A DNA stretch of 64,000 nt, taken from assembly GCF_046119375.1 (NCBI RefSeq), contig NW_027362772.1:222952001-223016000 (forward strand), in the 5' to 3' direction. The stretch is from Phyllobates terribilis. Lineage: Eukaryota. A program made the position numbers and the translations under genes. Shown here one piece after another: positions 1-13,002 of the stretch. The notes under the pieces are model-generated. The model saw nothing but the letters and a program-made list of their open reading frames with translations. It ran no database searches and was not told where the DNA came from. The number at the start of each line of letters is the position of its first letter. Positions within the stretch are counted from its first letter, which is position 1.

Positions 1-257
1 CTCTTCTACTGCCACACTTCCTCTTAGGGTGCAATACAGCTGTCCCTCTCTGCTCTGGACACTTCTCAGTGCTGAGACAGGTCGTCCAGTTCTCTCTAAC
101 CCTGCCCCCAGTTCCAGCTTTTATAGGGGCAGCCTGCTCCCCCTACAGGCCTGAGACAGGAGGTATTCCATGCTAATGTTCCCCTGACTAGAGAACCTCC
201 CCCTTGCTCTCAGACACAGCTTTATTATACTTGTGGCATCCAGGCCAGGGTGACACA
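1..257 (-). repeat. A1 3' LTR (partial)
   Basis: Direct repeat of 6901-7157. Minus-strand start TGTG follows the PPT. Confidence 0.95.
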
Positions 258-269
258 TTCCCCCCTAGT
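258..269 (-). promoter_or_regulatory. A1 polypurine tract
   Basis: ACTAGGGGGGAA on the minus strand directly before the LTR TG; identical to the A2 PPT at 53610-53621. Confidence 0.9.
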
Positions 270-642
270 AAAATTTAGTACTCCGGGACTAAACAATAAG
301 CAAAGACAATATGCATAACCATAAAACATTAACAGACCGACGACGCACAGCTTGAGTTCTTAAGGTCACAGTGTGGTCTGTGACCGGTGTCCATATCACC
401 AATACAACGTGGAACTTTAACCAGGTGGGGGTCTGTCCTACTCCAAGTCCTTTACAGTCTTAGTTCATTCCTTGGTTAGGCTCCGAACGCAGTCCATACA
501 AGGTCCCGGTTATAAAAAGTCCATAACCTTTGAGTCCTTACGGTAACTGCAAGAAACTGAAACACAGAATTACCAAACATGCATGTAACTTGGCAAACAT
601 TTCAACATTTGGCAACAGGGTTATTTATAATTTTAGTGCACC

Positions 643-1800
643 CTATATTCTCCAGCGAGCGGGTATCTGCCCCTTTGTGGTTCTGGTTGACCTCCTTAAC
701 CCACTGTCTGGTGGTGGACCGACCTGGCTTTCCCCACTAGCGTTAGGGGTACAGCTACCAGCTGGACTTACAGGCAGGGCAGGCAGCTGTCTGCAGGTCC
801 TTTGGCTTACCGCAGGCATGGCAGGCTCACTGTCAGCAGAGGGTTGACTCTCCTGGGCTGCTGGTACAGGCTCTTCTGTCTCTGGAACTGCTTGCTTTTC
901 TTCACCTTCCGGCTCTGGTGCAGGTTGTTGTTGAGCCGGTTGCAGGAAATGCAGGACGGGTACCACTATGGCATCGTTTATTCGGGTCCAGGACTGAGGA
1001 AACTCTCCGAGAACGGTGCTGATCATTTCTTCCTTGTCCTCTGCGGGTTCAAGGTCACTTTGATCCTCTTCTGCACTACGAAGTTGCTCAGGGCACCTTT
1101 TTAGGTGGTCTCTGGAGACGGTACTAGTGGTTTCTCCTCCATCCTTGGTGATCACGCACACCTTCAGGTTGTCGTGATCAGACTGCAGTACGGTGTAGGG
1201 TTCCCTTTCCCACTGGTTGTCCAACTTATGTAGCCTTCTCTTTCGCTTCAGGACCTGCTCACCAGGTTCTAGGGGACCAGCAGGGGCGTGTTGGTTGAAG
1301 AGTCTTTCTTGCTTCTCTCTCACCTGGGCCAGGCTCTTCTCCACACTCTCCTGTACCTTCTTGTACTGCAGTTGCCTTTCCGTATCCCAGTCCGCATCCG
1401 GGGAGGTGTCCTCAGGTGTTAGGGCTCCCATCTCCAGGTCTACGGGCAGCTTACCTGGTCTGGCTCGCATCAGGTAAGCCGGGGTGCAGTTTGTAGCATT
1501 CACCGGGATATGATTGTATAGGTCTATCAGATCCGGCAGTTTTTCTGGCCACAGGCTGCGTTCCTCCAGGGGCAACGTCTTTAGGAGATCAATGACTATG
1601 TTGTTCATTTTCTCACACATCCCGTTAGTTTGTGGGTGGTAAGGCGTTGTCCGAATCTTCTTACAGCCATAGAGGTTGCAGACCTCTTGGAAGATTTCAG
1701 CCTCGAACGCTGGACCCTGGTCTGTCAGGACCTGTTCCGGATACCCGTGTGGATGGCAGAAGTATTGCTGGAAGGCTCTGGCCGCCTTTTGGGCTGTCAA
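643..1800 (-). pseudogene. A1 integrase core and C-terminus (frameshifted part of pol)
   Basis: DQGPAFE and TTPYHPQTNGMCE DDE-core motifs. Separated from the upstream pol by a 26-nt deletion of LVVVPVKD relative to A2. Confidence 0.92.
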
Positions 1801-4786
1801 AACGGGAATAGTGGTCCACGATTGTCAGGGCGTAGATGTATCCTGACCGGCTTGGAGCCAATTTGACGTGGTCCACAGCTACCAGCTCAAGAGGCTGCGT
1901 GGTGACGATGGGCCTCAAGGGTGTCTTCTGGCTGGCGTGGTCCTTCCTCCTTAGGTGATAAGGGCCACAGTCTCTGCACCACTTCTCTACAGCCCCTCTC
2001 ATGCCGACCCAAAAGAACCGTCCTCTTAGCAGGAACTCCAGTTTCTTCCAACCGAAGTGCCCCGCTCTGTCATGGTAAGCCCCCAGGACCATAGCTGCAT
2101 CCCGCCTTGGAACTACGACTTGCCAGGTCAGCTCGTGCGTCCGGTGGTTGACAATCCTTCTGCACAGCTTGCCTTCATAGAGGAACAGCTTGCTCTTCTC
2201 TTTCCATAGCTGCTTGGCTTCCTCTGGAGCATCCGGATCCATGCGGGCATCTTCCTGGGTCAGCAGATCTTTCACTAGGCGGATGGCAGGGTCACTATCT
2301 TGGGTCTCGGCCCAGCTGTGGTGAGGTAGGGGATTGATCATCACGGTTGTTAGATCCTCCTCCTTCACGCGGTGGGAGTATTGAGCGGCTCCATACCGGT
2401 GAAACGTGGCGAGTTCTACCTCCTCCAGCTCTTCTGGGTCTTCGTCACCTTCAGGTAAGTGAGGCATTCTCGATAGGGCGTCAGCGTTGGCATTGGTTTT
2501 GCCTGCCCGGTACTTGATCACGAAGTCATAGTTGGAGAGACGGGCCATCCACCGCTGTTCCAGGGCACCCAGTCTCGCTTTGTCCAGGTGTGTCAACGGG
2601 TTGTTGTCCGTGTACACGGTGAACTTTGCGGAGGCCAGGTAATGCTTGAAGCGTTCCGTCACGGCCCACACCACCGCCAAGAATTCTAGCTTGAAGGAGC
2701 TGTAATTCTCCGGGTTCCTCTCGGTGGGCCTCAGCTTCCGGCTGGCGTACGCGATCACCCTTTCTCTGCCCTGTTGGTTTTGGGACAGTACGGCTCCCAG
2801 TCCCACATTACTGGCATCTGTGTGGAGGATAAAAGGCTGGCCATAGTCAGGGTAGGCCAGGATCTCATCCCCCGTGAGGGCCATCTTTAACTGGCGGAAG
2901 GACTCCTCTTCCGGTTTATCCCACTTGAAGGGTGGCTTTTGACTTCTGGACTTAGACTGTCCTATCAGGAGGTCCTGCATAGGAGCTGCCATCTTAGTGA
3001 ACCCGGGGATGAACCTTCGGTAGTAGCCTACCAACCCGAGAAACTGCCTCACTTCTTTGATGTTCGAGGGGCTTGGCCAGCTCTTGATTGCCGTGACCTT
3101 GTCAGGGTCGGGGGCTACTCCTTCCGCACTTACCACGTGCCCTAGGTACTGTAACTTTGGTTTCAGCAGGTGACACTTCGATGGTTTCACCTTCAGGCCG
3201 TAGCCTGCCAGGGCTTCGAACACCTCGGCCAGGTGCTTTAGATGGTCCTCGTAGGTCTTCGAATAGACGATCACGTCGTCCAGGTAAAGGAGGACCGTCT
3301 CGAAGTTTCGGTGCCCTAGACAGCATTCCATCAGGCTCTGGAAGGTCCCTGGTGTGTTGCAGAGTCCGAAGGGCATACAGTTGAACTCACTCAGTCCCAT
3401 CGGGGTGGTGAAGGCGGTCTTCTCCATGTCAGCCTCTGCCACAGGAACCTGCCAGTACCCGCTAGTAAGGTCCAAAGTAGAAAAGAAGTTAGCTGATTTT
3501 AGTGCGGCTAAAGACTCCTCTATTCTCGGCAGCGGATATGCGACTTTGTTGGTGATACGGTTGATTTGTCTGTAGTCCACGCACATTCTCATGGTGCCGT
3601 CTTTCTTTTTTACCAGAACCAGGGGGGCTGCCCAGGGGATACAGCTATCTCTAATGACCCCAGCTTCTTTCATTTCCCGCAGCATACCCTTGGCGTTCAG
3701 ATAATGTGCAGGGGGTACAGGCCTGTGTCTCTCTTTTATTGGTGGGTAGCTCCCTGTGGGGATGTGGTGTTCTATCCCTTTTACTCTGCCGAAGTCCAGC
3801 GGGTGCTTACTAAAGACTCTCTCGTACTCCTGTACCACCCGGTAGACTCCTTGTTTTTGGTGCAGGGGAGTGGAGTCAGCACCCACATGGAGTTTCTGGC
3901 ACCTGTCCTCCTTTTGTTTCTGGGAGCCATTACCCTCCGCCTGAGGAGATGGAGGCAAAGGCTCCACGGCCCTGATAGCTTTGTGTTCGACAACAAACAG
4001 TTTGGCAAGTGTAGCGTACCTGGGTAAGTGTACCTCTCTCTCCCCAATGTTGAGAATGCGAACGGGCACCCTCCCATGACAGACATCAACGACCCCCCGG
4101 GCTGTCAAAATGGTGGGCCTGCTGTCCGAGTACACGGGTTCTACCATGGCTTGGTAGTCTCTACCTCTCAACCCGATTGCAGTCCGACACCAGATCATCA
4201 TTTCACTTTTGGGAGGCATGGAAATGGGGAATGGATCACTCAGTCTTACGCTACCGATCTCACCACCAGACAGTTCTACCTGCTGCCGTCTTATCAGTTC
4301 TTTTATCTCCTTGTTGAGGACTCTCTGTTGGCTGGAACTAGCATTCACCGCCACCTGTTGTAGAATTACAATTACCTCTGAAAGACAATTTTCAATCACG
4401 TTAGTACCTACAGTTATTTTAGGGTGACTTTCACGACGGTCAATGTCCAAAATAATCACTCCCTGTGCCGGCAGTTCAACTTTACCAATTTTAATGGTCA
4501 TCTCCTTGAACCCCATCTGCGGCACGAGTAAGCCATTACTGGCGATGATGCTCAAGTTACTGTCTGGATACCGTGTGATATCAGCATCAGTCCAATACTG
4601 CTTAAAAAGTATATAAGGGATAGTGGTTACTTGCGACCCAGTATCCAGCAAGGCGCTCATGGGGATACCGTCCAGCACCACGGGTAAAACCGGGCGCCCC
4701 CCAACATACTTATCACGCCAATTATAAGGGCCTGGTGATCTTATACCTGGGGGTTGGCCCTCTGCCCCAGGTTGGACCCGTTTAAA
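1697..4786 (-). pseudogene. pol: A1 pol: aspartic protease, reverse transcriptase, RNase H, integrase zinc finger
   Basis: LLDTGS, YLDD, TDASNVGLGAVL and HDRAGH motifs in ORF 1697-4681. The frame is open up to the slippery site at 4780-4786. Confidence 0.95.
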
Positions 4787-5721
4787 TTACAGTACCTGGA
4801 AATGTGTCCGGGCTGGTTGCATCGACGGCAAATGGGCTGTCCATCCTCTACGTAGCGGTCTGTGGGCCTCCCTCGGAACGACGGGATCCTCCTCTGTCGA
4901 CGCCACAGGACATCCTTCGGACTTGAAGCCAGCTCGATGGGTCTTGACGGGTCCACTTGTAACGCCTGGACGGTCCTGGTCAACGCCGCGACGCTCCTGG
5001 TCAGCTCCTGGACTTGGTGGTGCAGATCTTTCAACGGGACTTGGTTCAGGGCCTGTGCATCAGCCCCCACGGAGTCCATAGAGGAGGGCACCGCCTCCTA
5101 GTGGTAGGTGAGAGCAGGGCGCCGGTGGTTTATAGCGCCACTTGTTGCGGGTTCACGGAGCACCCTTATGGCTCTGTCCTTGAATTGGGCAAAGGTCAGA
5201 TCAGGGTTCTGAAAGAACATGAGGCGCAGCTGGGTCCTGTGGGTGCTAGACAGCAGACCTTCTATGAACTGTTCTGTTAGGAGCTTATCCATATCCTGCA
5301 CGCTGCCTGGGTCAGCTTGTTGGATGGCCCTCAGGGCTTCCTGCAAATTTAGGGCATAGTCCTGTGCCCGCTGCTTACATCCATAGAACCTCATTTTAAT
5401 TTCAGCGGAGGTACGTGTGTCAAAGGTACCCCGCAGCCGGGCCAGAATACCCTTTACGGTCCTTTTCTCCTCAGCGGGCCATGACTTTACCTCCCTTTGG
5501 GCTGCGCCAGTTAACTGCCCTGTTAGTATGCTAACCTTCTGTTCCTCTGTCAGGGGGTAGACTTGGAACAAACTGTACAGCCTTTCCTTAAAGTCAGTTA
5601 GGGCATGGGGCCCCCCTGAATACTTAGGCAGCCAGGCCGCTCCAGGATTGTAGGGCAGGGAAAAGGGCATCACCGCTGCTGCAGCTGCGTTGGTGGTAGT
5701 GGGCGCCTCCGTGTCCGACAT
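4741..5721 (-). pseudogene. gag: A1 gag with one in-frame TAG at 5098-5100
   Basis: Collinear with A2 gag (TYH*EA versus TYHQEA). CCHC knuckle CRRCNQPGHISRYC. Confidence 0.93.
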
Positions 5722-6098
5722 CTTCCTCCCCCCTAGTCAAGCGTGGCCTACCTTCCGACGATCCTCTTCTGTAGGCCGCGGCTCCGCTGGTGCTGCTCCG
5801 GACAAGCACCTTGTGTCACGTCCTGGTGATGTCAGCGTCGCTCTCTCTCCCTTCCAGGACCTTGCGCAGCGTCGGTGCGTGGGGCAGAGCTTCGGGTCTC
5901 GCGCCGTTTGGACGTCCACGCCCCTCTTCTTCCCGCGCGGCGTCCTGAAGATGGCGTCCGATCGCGGGAAAGCGGCTGAAGATGGCGGGAACCGACGGAA
6001 GATGGCGGGAGACGGCTGGAAATGGCGGGAAACCTCTTTTCAGGTAGGTGAACAGTCTTTTTCAGGCACGCAATACCCGTTTGTGGCGGGTTGGTCTC

Positions 6099-6117
6099 AA
6101 TCCTGCTGACTACGCCA
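6099..6117 (-). promoter_or_regulatory. A1 primer-binding site, tRNA-Ser (GTAGTCG-acceptor type)
   Basis: TGGCGTAGTCAGCAGGATT is complementary (1 mismatch) to the vertebrate tRNA-Ser 3' end AATCCTGCCGACTACGCCA, recalled from memory. Confidence 0.85.
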
Positions 6118-6121
6118 AAGC

Positions 6122-7157
6122 TGACTCACCCCCTGGGCCATGGGGCACTCGGATCCGGGCAATAAGGGAACGATGGGGGTAGTAGTGGCAACCCGGTTCC
6201 GTGGCTCAGGGTGGTCAAGCCAGTGGTAGTCCGTTATGTGCTGATGATTATGTCCGACTACGCCACCCGTGGATTTGTGGTCATTAGGAACCGCCGCTGC
6301 AAGGCAGACCGCTGGGGCTGATGATGTATGCAGCTGGGATGGTGTGACTCCCCACGGGAAGAGTGCGGCCCCAAGGCAGTATAATGGATGGTGGGAGTGA
6401 TGGTGGTGAGAGTCCCAGTGCCGTTAGTGCTGGAGGAGCAAGGAGCACACAGACAACAGGTTGCAGTCCAGGGTCTTTACTAGAACAGGTAAACTGACCC
6501 ACAAACAGTCCCGGCTAGGAGGGGACCTGGATGTCTGAGAGCAATGGGGAAATTGGCCCTGGTCAGGGTGAGGGTGTAGGCCTACCGTGCTTTCTGCGAT
6601 CCTTCTGGCTATCTCCTCCTTATTTGGTTACAGCCCACGTTTCCGAGCTCTCCGTGTATTCTCGCCTGTATGGCCTGCGACGTGGGTTCCTTTCTGCTCC
6701 CAGCCTGGTACGGCTTTGCTGGTCCCTTCTGTTGTGGCAGAGCCTCCAGGCTTCTTAGGCCAAGGAATGTACAGTCCCCTGTGGACTGGTTATCTGCTGT
6801 AGGATGTGGAATCCTCCCAGCCTCAGACACCAAAGTCTGGTAAATTAAGTCCTTTATCTGCCAAGACAGGCGCACTTCGCCTCTAATCTCTGGCTTGTGG
6901 CTCTTCTACTGCCACACTTCCTCTTAGGGTGCAATACAGCTGTCCCTCTCTGCTCTGGACACTTCTCCGTGCTGAGACAGGTCGTCCAGTTCTCTCTAAC
7001 CCTGCCCCCAGTTCCAGCTTTTATAGGGGCAGCCTGCTCCCCCTACTGGCCTGTGACAGGAGGTATTGCATGCTAATGTTCCCCTGACTACACAACCTCC
7101 CCCTTGCTCTCAGACACAGCTTTATTATACTTGTGGCATCCAGGTCAGGGTGATACA
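6122..7157 (-). repeat. A1 5' LTR (about 1036 bp)
   Basis: TG...CA termini, TATAAAA near 7018-7025 on the minus strand, adjacent PBS. Confidence 0.93.
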
Positions 7158-7294
7158 TATCCCTATCCGGGCTCCCTCTGGTGGTCTGAGGTGGTGGGGT
7201 GGAGGTGTGTGAATGCTATGAGGGCCTCTTGTGGAGAAGTCCATCCATGCACCCCTCTGGGATCTGTGGCACCAATGCGCAGCAGGGCGCCACA
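7158..7294 (-). mobile_element. LTR fragment Y (first 137 bp of a B2-type LTR, interrupted by A1)
   Basis: Matches 58987-59123 with 2 mismatches in 137 bp. Confidence 0.9.
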
Positions 7295-7418
7295 GTTCCA
7301 TATTGTTGTCTTTGATCACGCACATAATGGCGCTCGTTCTTCTGGGGCGGGCGCCACATTCAGTAACATAACACAGTTCTTTAGGCACACTTCACCCGAC
7401 AGTGCGGGCTGGTCACGC

Positions 7419-7436
7419 ATCCTGTTCGTGACGCCA
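7419..7436 (-). promoter_or_regulatory. Primer-binding site of element X, tRNA-Ser (GTCACG-acceptor, CGA type)
   Basis: TGGCGTCACGAACAGGAT, identical to the B1 PBS at 42837-42854. Confidence 0.82.
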
Positions 7437-7441
7437 GAAGA

Positions 7442-8686
7442 TGACGCGCCCCCAGGGCCATGGGGTATTCGGCAGCCGGGCCTCTGGCTGCTTGCTGGGG
7501 ATATCACGGTGGCTGGCCCAGTCCATGGCTCAGAGCGGTCACTAACATAAGATGGAAATATGTATAGGGGATTTTGTCGTGATGCCACCTGTGGTGTCTG
7601 GTGACTATCACCAGCGCTGCAACAGTCCTCTGAGGCAGGTGGTAGGGCAGCTTGTGATGGAACGGCTCCCCACAGGTGAAGCAGGCCTCAGGGCAGTGTA
7701 GGTAGGGATGGTGGAGGTGCGCTGGGCTTTGTAGTGCAGTGAGGGAAAAGGTACCGGCGAAATGAAGGAGCGGAGGCAGTTCAGTGCAGTCATCCGAGTT
7801 TACTCACAGTTCCGTACAAGTTCCTCAGGCGCACAGTACTGGTGCAGTCCTCCCACGTCACACTGCGTTCACCGAGCAGGGGTTCAGTCCTTCCTCAGGA
7901 GCTCGGGTGTACCTGGCAGAACCCCACTTTCAAATGTACCTTCCTAGACTGACTTCACGCCGGGTCTTTACTCCCTCCTGTCCTCCGCTTCTCATTGTGA
8001 ATCCTATTCGGGTGCTGCAAGGTCCCCCCTGTCCGTCGGAGTTGCTCAGACCTGCTCGACCTTACTGGGATTGTAGCGAGAGTTTGGCTCCTGCTATAGA
8101 AGACAGAAGCCTCCGGTATTTTCCAGCCGAGGCTTGAAGCGGCACGACTGGGCCCGGGGCCGGTCCCCTTTTTGCGGCCTAGATCCTCCTGACACCTGGC
8201 AGGTTCCGGGGTGTACGGGTGCTACCAGCACTCGCCGTACCCCTTAGGATCCCTTCTGAAGATCGGAGCCTACTCCCTGCTCCCCTCCTGGGCCTCAGTC
8301 CTGGGCCCTTGTAGTGGAGCAGAGCTCCTAGACAGACTCTGCTCCCTGACTGTACTCCAACTACTAGACTCTCTGTTCTGCCACCCTAAGATGGCTTCCC
8401 TATTTTATATCTTTACTGTATGAGTGCTCCCATGAACTAGTTCCTCCACCCACACCCACTACTGGTTCCCCCTAACTCTGGGTTCCCCCCACCCCAGCCA
8501 GGGTCAGGGCTCAGCAGAAAACTACATTGCGTCTTGCCCCTACTGCTGGCCTGGGGTAATGTAGTGTTGGATGCAGGTGTTGGGGTTCCGTGCAGCACAC
8601 CCTCCTTACCTGAGAGAAAGGAAGACACCACACCTCTGGGTGAGGTGCAGTACCTCTGTGGTGACCGAACCCTCAGGGGTGCCACA
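7442..8686 (-). mobile_element. 5' LTR of Gypsy element X (about 1245 bp), related to the B1/B2 LTRs in U5
   Basis: TGTGGCAC...GCGTCA termini, followed by PBS and a short leader. Shares blocks with 42859-43200 and 57972-58330. Confidence 0.85.
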
Positions 8687-8925
8687 AGTGATTCACTGCT
8701 AAAATTTAAGAAGGGCATGGATGCCTTTCTTGAAAAGTATAATATTACAGGTTATATATACTAGATTCCTTGATAGGGCGTTGATCCAGGGAACTAGTCT
8801 GATTGTCGTATGGAGTCAGGAAGGAATTTTTTTCCCCAATGTTGAGCTTGGTGTTTGCCACATGGTTTTTTTGCCTTCCTCTGGATCTACATGTTAGGCT
8901 ATGCGTTGAACTAGATGGACTTAGT
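8687..8925 (+). mobile_element. CR1 LINE 3' end fragment
   Basis: Encodes FKKGMDAFLEK (CR1 ORF2 C-terminus) followed by a GTTGAACTAGATGGAC-type 3' UTR motif. Confidence 0.72.
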
Positions 8926-9875
8926 AACATAGTTTAAGGTTGAAGGAAGACTGTTAAAATGAGAATGCTCATTTAGCACACAGTACTTTACACTATGTTG
9001 AACATTTCCAGTAAGATCAGCAGGAAGCTTTTTCACAGCGTGTTTAAAAGTTTTCTGCAGCTTTATAGTAAAACCTACTCCTAAAGAAAAAAACAAACCA
9101 CCACACCAAGACAAGGCACTGTACACAGGCCATCTATGTAACTCATACTCCTTTCTAGAGTGCCAACCAGGTCAGTAGACCCCTTTCTCCTGACATATGA
9201 GGCATGCAGAGATGTCTACACAGGGCACTGTTAGCACTTGCCAGTTCTGCAAATAATCAAACCCTCATATCATGTTTATGTGGACAGAAAGTTAAAAATA
9301 AGTCATGGCTCTGGGAAGAAGAAGAAGAAAAAACGAAAGAGCAAAAAAGAAAATTGAAGGGGTTCATAACCTATTTTTAGGACCTCACCCACTAAGATCA
9401 CACAAAGACTACAGGGGTGCACAAAGCATTTCCCATGTGCCACTACCCAAATGCCACAATTCTGCATGAAATGTCCTCCAGCAGCAGCAATGCCACATTA
9501 CAGCAGAAAATGCCTCCCCAATGCCGCAGTTGAGCACGACGCATATCACAGCAACTCCAAACAGAGAAATTGATGCCGAAAATACATCTTAGCGGCTCAA
9601 AGCAGATAAGACGTAGCGGGACCCATGGATGTTCGGGTTCGTCGAGTTCGACCGAACTTTAGTCCAAAGTTCAGTTCGGGGACTAGAACTGTACCTGAAT
9701 CCGAACCCCATAGAAATCTATGGTGAGGTGACCCGAACTTTTGATTTCTCTCTCTCTCTTTTGTGCCAGACTGGGGTGTCTGTGGCTCATAGGTAGGCGC
9801 CACACTACAGCTACATGCTGTAACTGTCAGCTGTAAAATACAGATGGTTCCCGCACATCTACTGTGCCCACACCA

Positions 9876-10291
9876 TAAGGCAAAGTTCACATGAGCATAT
9901 AAAAAAATCATCTGTGTTTCATCCAGAAAAAGCAGATCATTTTTCATTTGTATTGTTATCCATATGGCATTAATTTTTAATACATCAGCAGTTATTAAAA
10001 TTTACAAGATCAAATACAGTTTCCTATGCATAAGAATTGCAAGGTAGCCATAAGAATCAGATGCTATATGGTTTATCTGTATGAAATCCAATTTTTTTAG
10101 CACGCCCATAGTCTTGAATAGGCGCAGGAAACTAGTGCATGCTGCAATTTTTTTCCACGTGGACAAGTGGTTAGTTGAAAAAAAAAAACGATCATCTGAG
10201 TAGCCCTACTGATTAACATTGGTCTGAGTGCTGTCAGTTTGTTCAAGAACAGCACACAAACTGAAAATAGGGATGTGTGAACTTAGCCTTA
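9876..10291. mobile_element. MITE (T2/Kolobok-like non-autonomous element)
   Basis: 17-bp terminal inverted repeats TAAGGCAAAGTTCACAT and GTGTGAACTTAGCCTTA (2 mismatches). Confidence 0.7.
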
Positions 10292-10782
10292 CTGTGATGT
10301 ACAATTATGCTGGTTTGCATTAAGAGGGGTTCTGCGGTGAAAACTACTTTCAGCTTTCCCATTGAGTAGGTGCAGGGCGGGGAAAACTAGGCATTTTTCT
10401 AGGTACCCCACTTCCCCAGGGGCCCCCAGCCAGTGGCATGTCACAAATAATGGCACACCACACAGTCGCAATGGGGCCCGTGAGTCAGAGGGGGCCTGGT
10501 GCAATTGTCGGCCCGGGCCCCCTCCCCCGCGCACGGCGTCGCACATTCAGCTGTATCAACATCGCTAGATACCGATACAGTTGAAAGCAATGGTGCTGCT
10601 CCCTCTCCCATGCCCCCTCTGCCTCTGACATCTCAGCCAGGGGGCACGATGATGCCACTTCATCGCGTCTTGCTGTGCCAGGCAGTGGAGTTGCTGAGGA
10701 GACGTGCTGCAGAGACCGGAGTAGTGGGGGAACTGGGAAAGGTGAGTATTGCATTTTTTTTTAATCAGTGAGTACTTGGTGG

Positions 10783-13002
10783 CCATTATACAGGAGGACT
10801 ATGGGGCTGCATTATACTATATAGGGCTGCATTATACTATATGAGGCTACATTATACTATATGGTGAGTGCATTATACTATATAGAGTTATATTATACTC
10901 TATGGGGCTACATTATAGCATTATACCATATGTGGGCTGCATTATACTATATGGCGGCTGCATTATACTATATGGGGATATGGGACTGCACTATACTATA
11001 TGGAATGTGCATTATACTATATTGGGGCTGCATTATACTGTATTGGGCTGCATTATACTATATGGGGCCGCATTATACCCTATGGGGCTGCCTTATACTC
11101 TATAGGGCTGCATTATACTATATTAGGATGCATTATACTATATGGAGCTGCATTATACCACATGGGGGCTGCATTATACCATATGGGGTGCACATTATAC
11201 TATATGGGGGCTGCATTATACTATATGAGGCTACCTTATACTATATTGGGCTGCATTATACTATATGGGGGCTGCATTATACTATATAGGGGCTGCATTA
11301 TACTATATGGGAGCTGAGTTATACAATATAGGGCCTGCATTACACCATATTGGGTGTGCATTAAACTATATAGGGCTGCATTATACTATATGGGGCTGTA
11401 TTATACTATATTGGAAAGCATTATACTATATGGGGTGCGCACTATACTATATGGGGGTGCATTATACTATATTGGGCTGCACTGTACTATATTGGGCTGT
11501 ATTATAACATATGGGGTGTGCATTATATTATATTGGGGCTGCATTATACTATATGGGGGCTTCATTATACTAAATAGGGCTGCATTATACTATATGGTGC
11601 TGCATTATACTATATGGCAGCTGCATTATACTATATGGGGGCTGAATTATACCATATGGGGGCTGCATTATACTATAATGAGCTGCATTATACTATATGG
11701 GGGCTTCATTATACTGTATGAGGCTGCATTATACTATATGGGGGCTGGATTATACTATATAGGACTGCATTATATCATACAGGGACTGTATTATACTATA
11801 TGGAGCTGCATTATACTATATTGGGCTGTATTATACTATATAGGGCTGCATTATACCATATGAGGGCTGCATTATACTATATGAGGGCTGCATTATACTA
11901 TATGGGGCTGCATTATGCTATATGGAGCTGCATTATAATATATTGGGCTGCATTATACTATATGGGGCAGCATTATACTATATAGGGCTGTATTATACTA
12001 TATGGGACTGCATTATACTATATTTTGGCTGCAATATACTATATGAGGGCTGCATTATATTATATGGGGCTGCATTATGCTATATGGAGCTGCATTATAC
12101 TATATGGGGCTGCATTATACTATATGGGGCTGCATTATACTATATAGGGCTGTATTATACTATATTTTGGCTGCATTATACTATATTTTGGCTGCATTAT
12201 ACTATATAAGGGCTGCATTATAGCATATGAGGGCTGCATTATACTATTTGGGGTCTGCATTATATCATATGGGGCTGCATTATACTATATGGGGCTGCAG
12301 CATACCATATGGGGTATGCATTATACTATATGGGGCTGTATTATACTATATAGGTCTGCATTATATTATATGGGGCTGAATTATACTATATGGGGCTGCA
12401 TTATACAATATGGGTTGTGCATTATACCATATGGGGTTGCATTATACTATATGGGGCTGCATTATACTATATTGGACTACATTATACTATATCGGGCTGC
12501 ATTATACTATATGGGGCTGCATTATACTATATGGAGCTGCATTTACACCATATGGGGCTGCATTATACAATATGGGGGCAGCATTATACTATATGGGGGC
12601 TGCATTATACTCTATCAAGTATTATGTGCAGTGTATTATACTATATGTACTATATGGGCACTGCATTATACTCTATCGAGGACTATGGTGTGCATTATAC
12701 TATGTGTACTATATGGGGGCTGCATTATACTCTATACAAAAACTATGGGGTGCACTATACTGTATGGAGGACCATGGGGAGTGCATTGTACTATATGGAG
12801 GACTATGGGGGGTGCATTATACAATATGGAGGACTATGGGAGCATTATACTGTATGGAGGACTATGGGGTGTGTATTATAGTATATGGAGGACCATAAGG
12901 AGTGCATTATACTATATGGAGAACTATGGGGTGTGCATTATACTATATGGAGGACTATGGGGTGCATTATACTATGTGGAGGACTATGGGATGCATTATA
13001 CT
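10783..13002. repeat. Satellite-like tandem array, unit about 20-22 bp (GGGGCTGCATTATACTATAT), lengthening to about 30 bp at the right end
   Basis: Directly visible, about 100 degenerate copies. A possible hAT-type terminus TCTAATCCTGGCCCTG lies at 13346-13361. Confidence 0.95.

Larger units (their letters stand above)
1..7157 (-). mobile_element. Ty3/Gypsy LTR retrotransposon A1 (decayed; 3' LTR runs off the window start)
   Basis: Positions 1-257 match 6901-7157 with 8 mismatches. PPT next to the left LTR, PBS next to the right LTR, gag then PR-RT-RH-IN order on the minus strand. Confidence 0.96.

Noticed and set aside
258-642. env-like ORF between pol and the 3' LTR in A1, A2, B1 or B2
   Set aside because: The 3' UTRs are only 0.35-0.6 kb with no suitable ORF.
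2939-4427. Antisense and alternative-frame ORFs over Gypsy pol (also at 40-41 kb and 50-53 kb)
   Set aside because: Shadow ORFs of GC-rich coding sequence, not conserved between the homologous elements.
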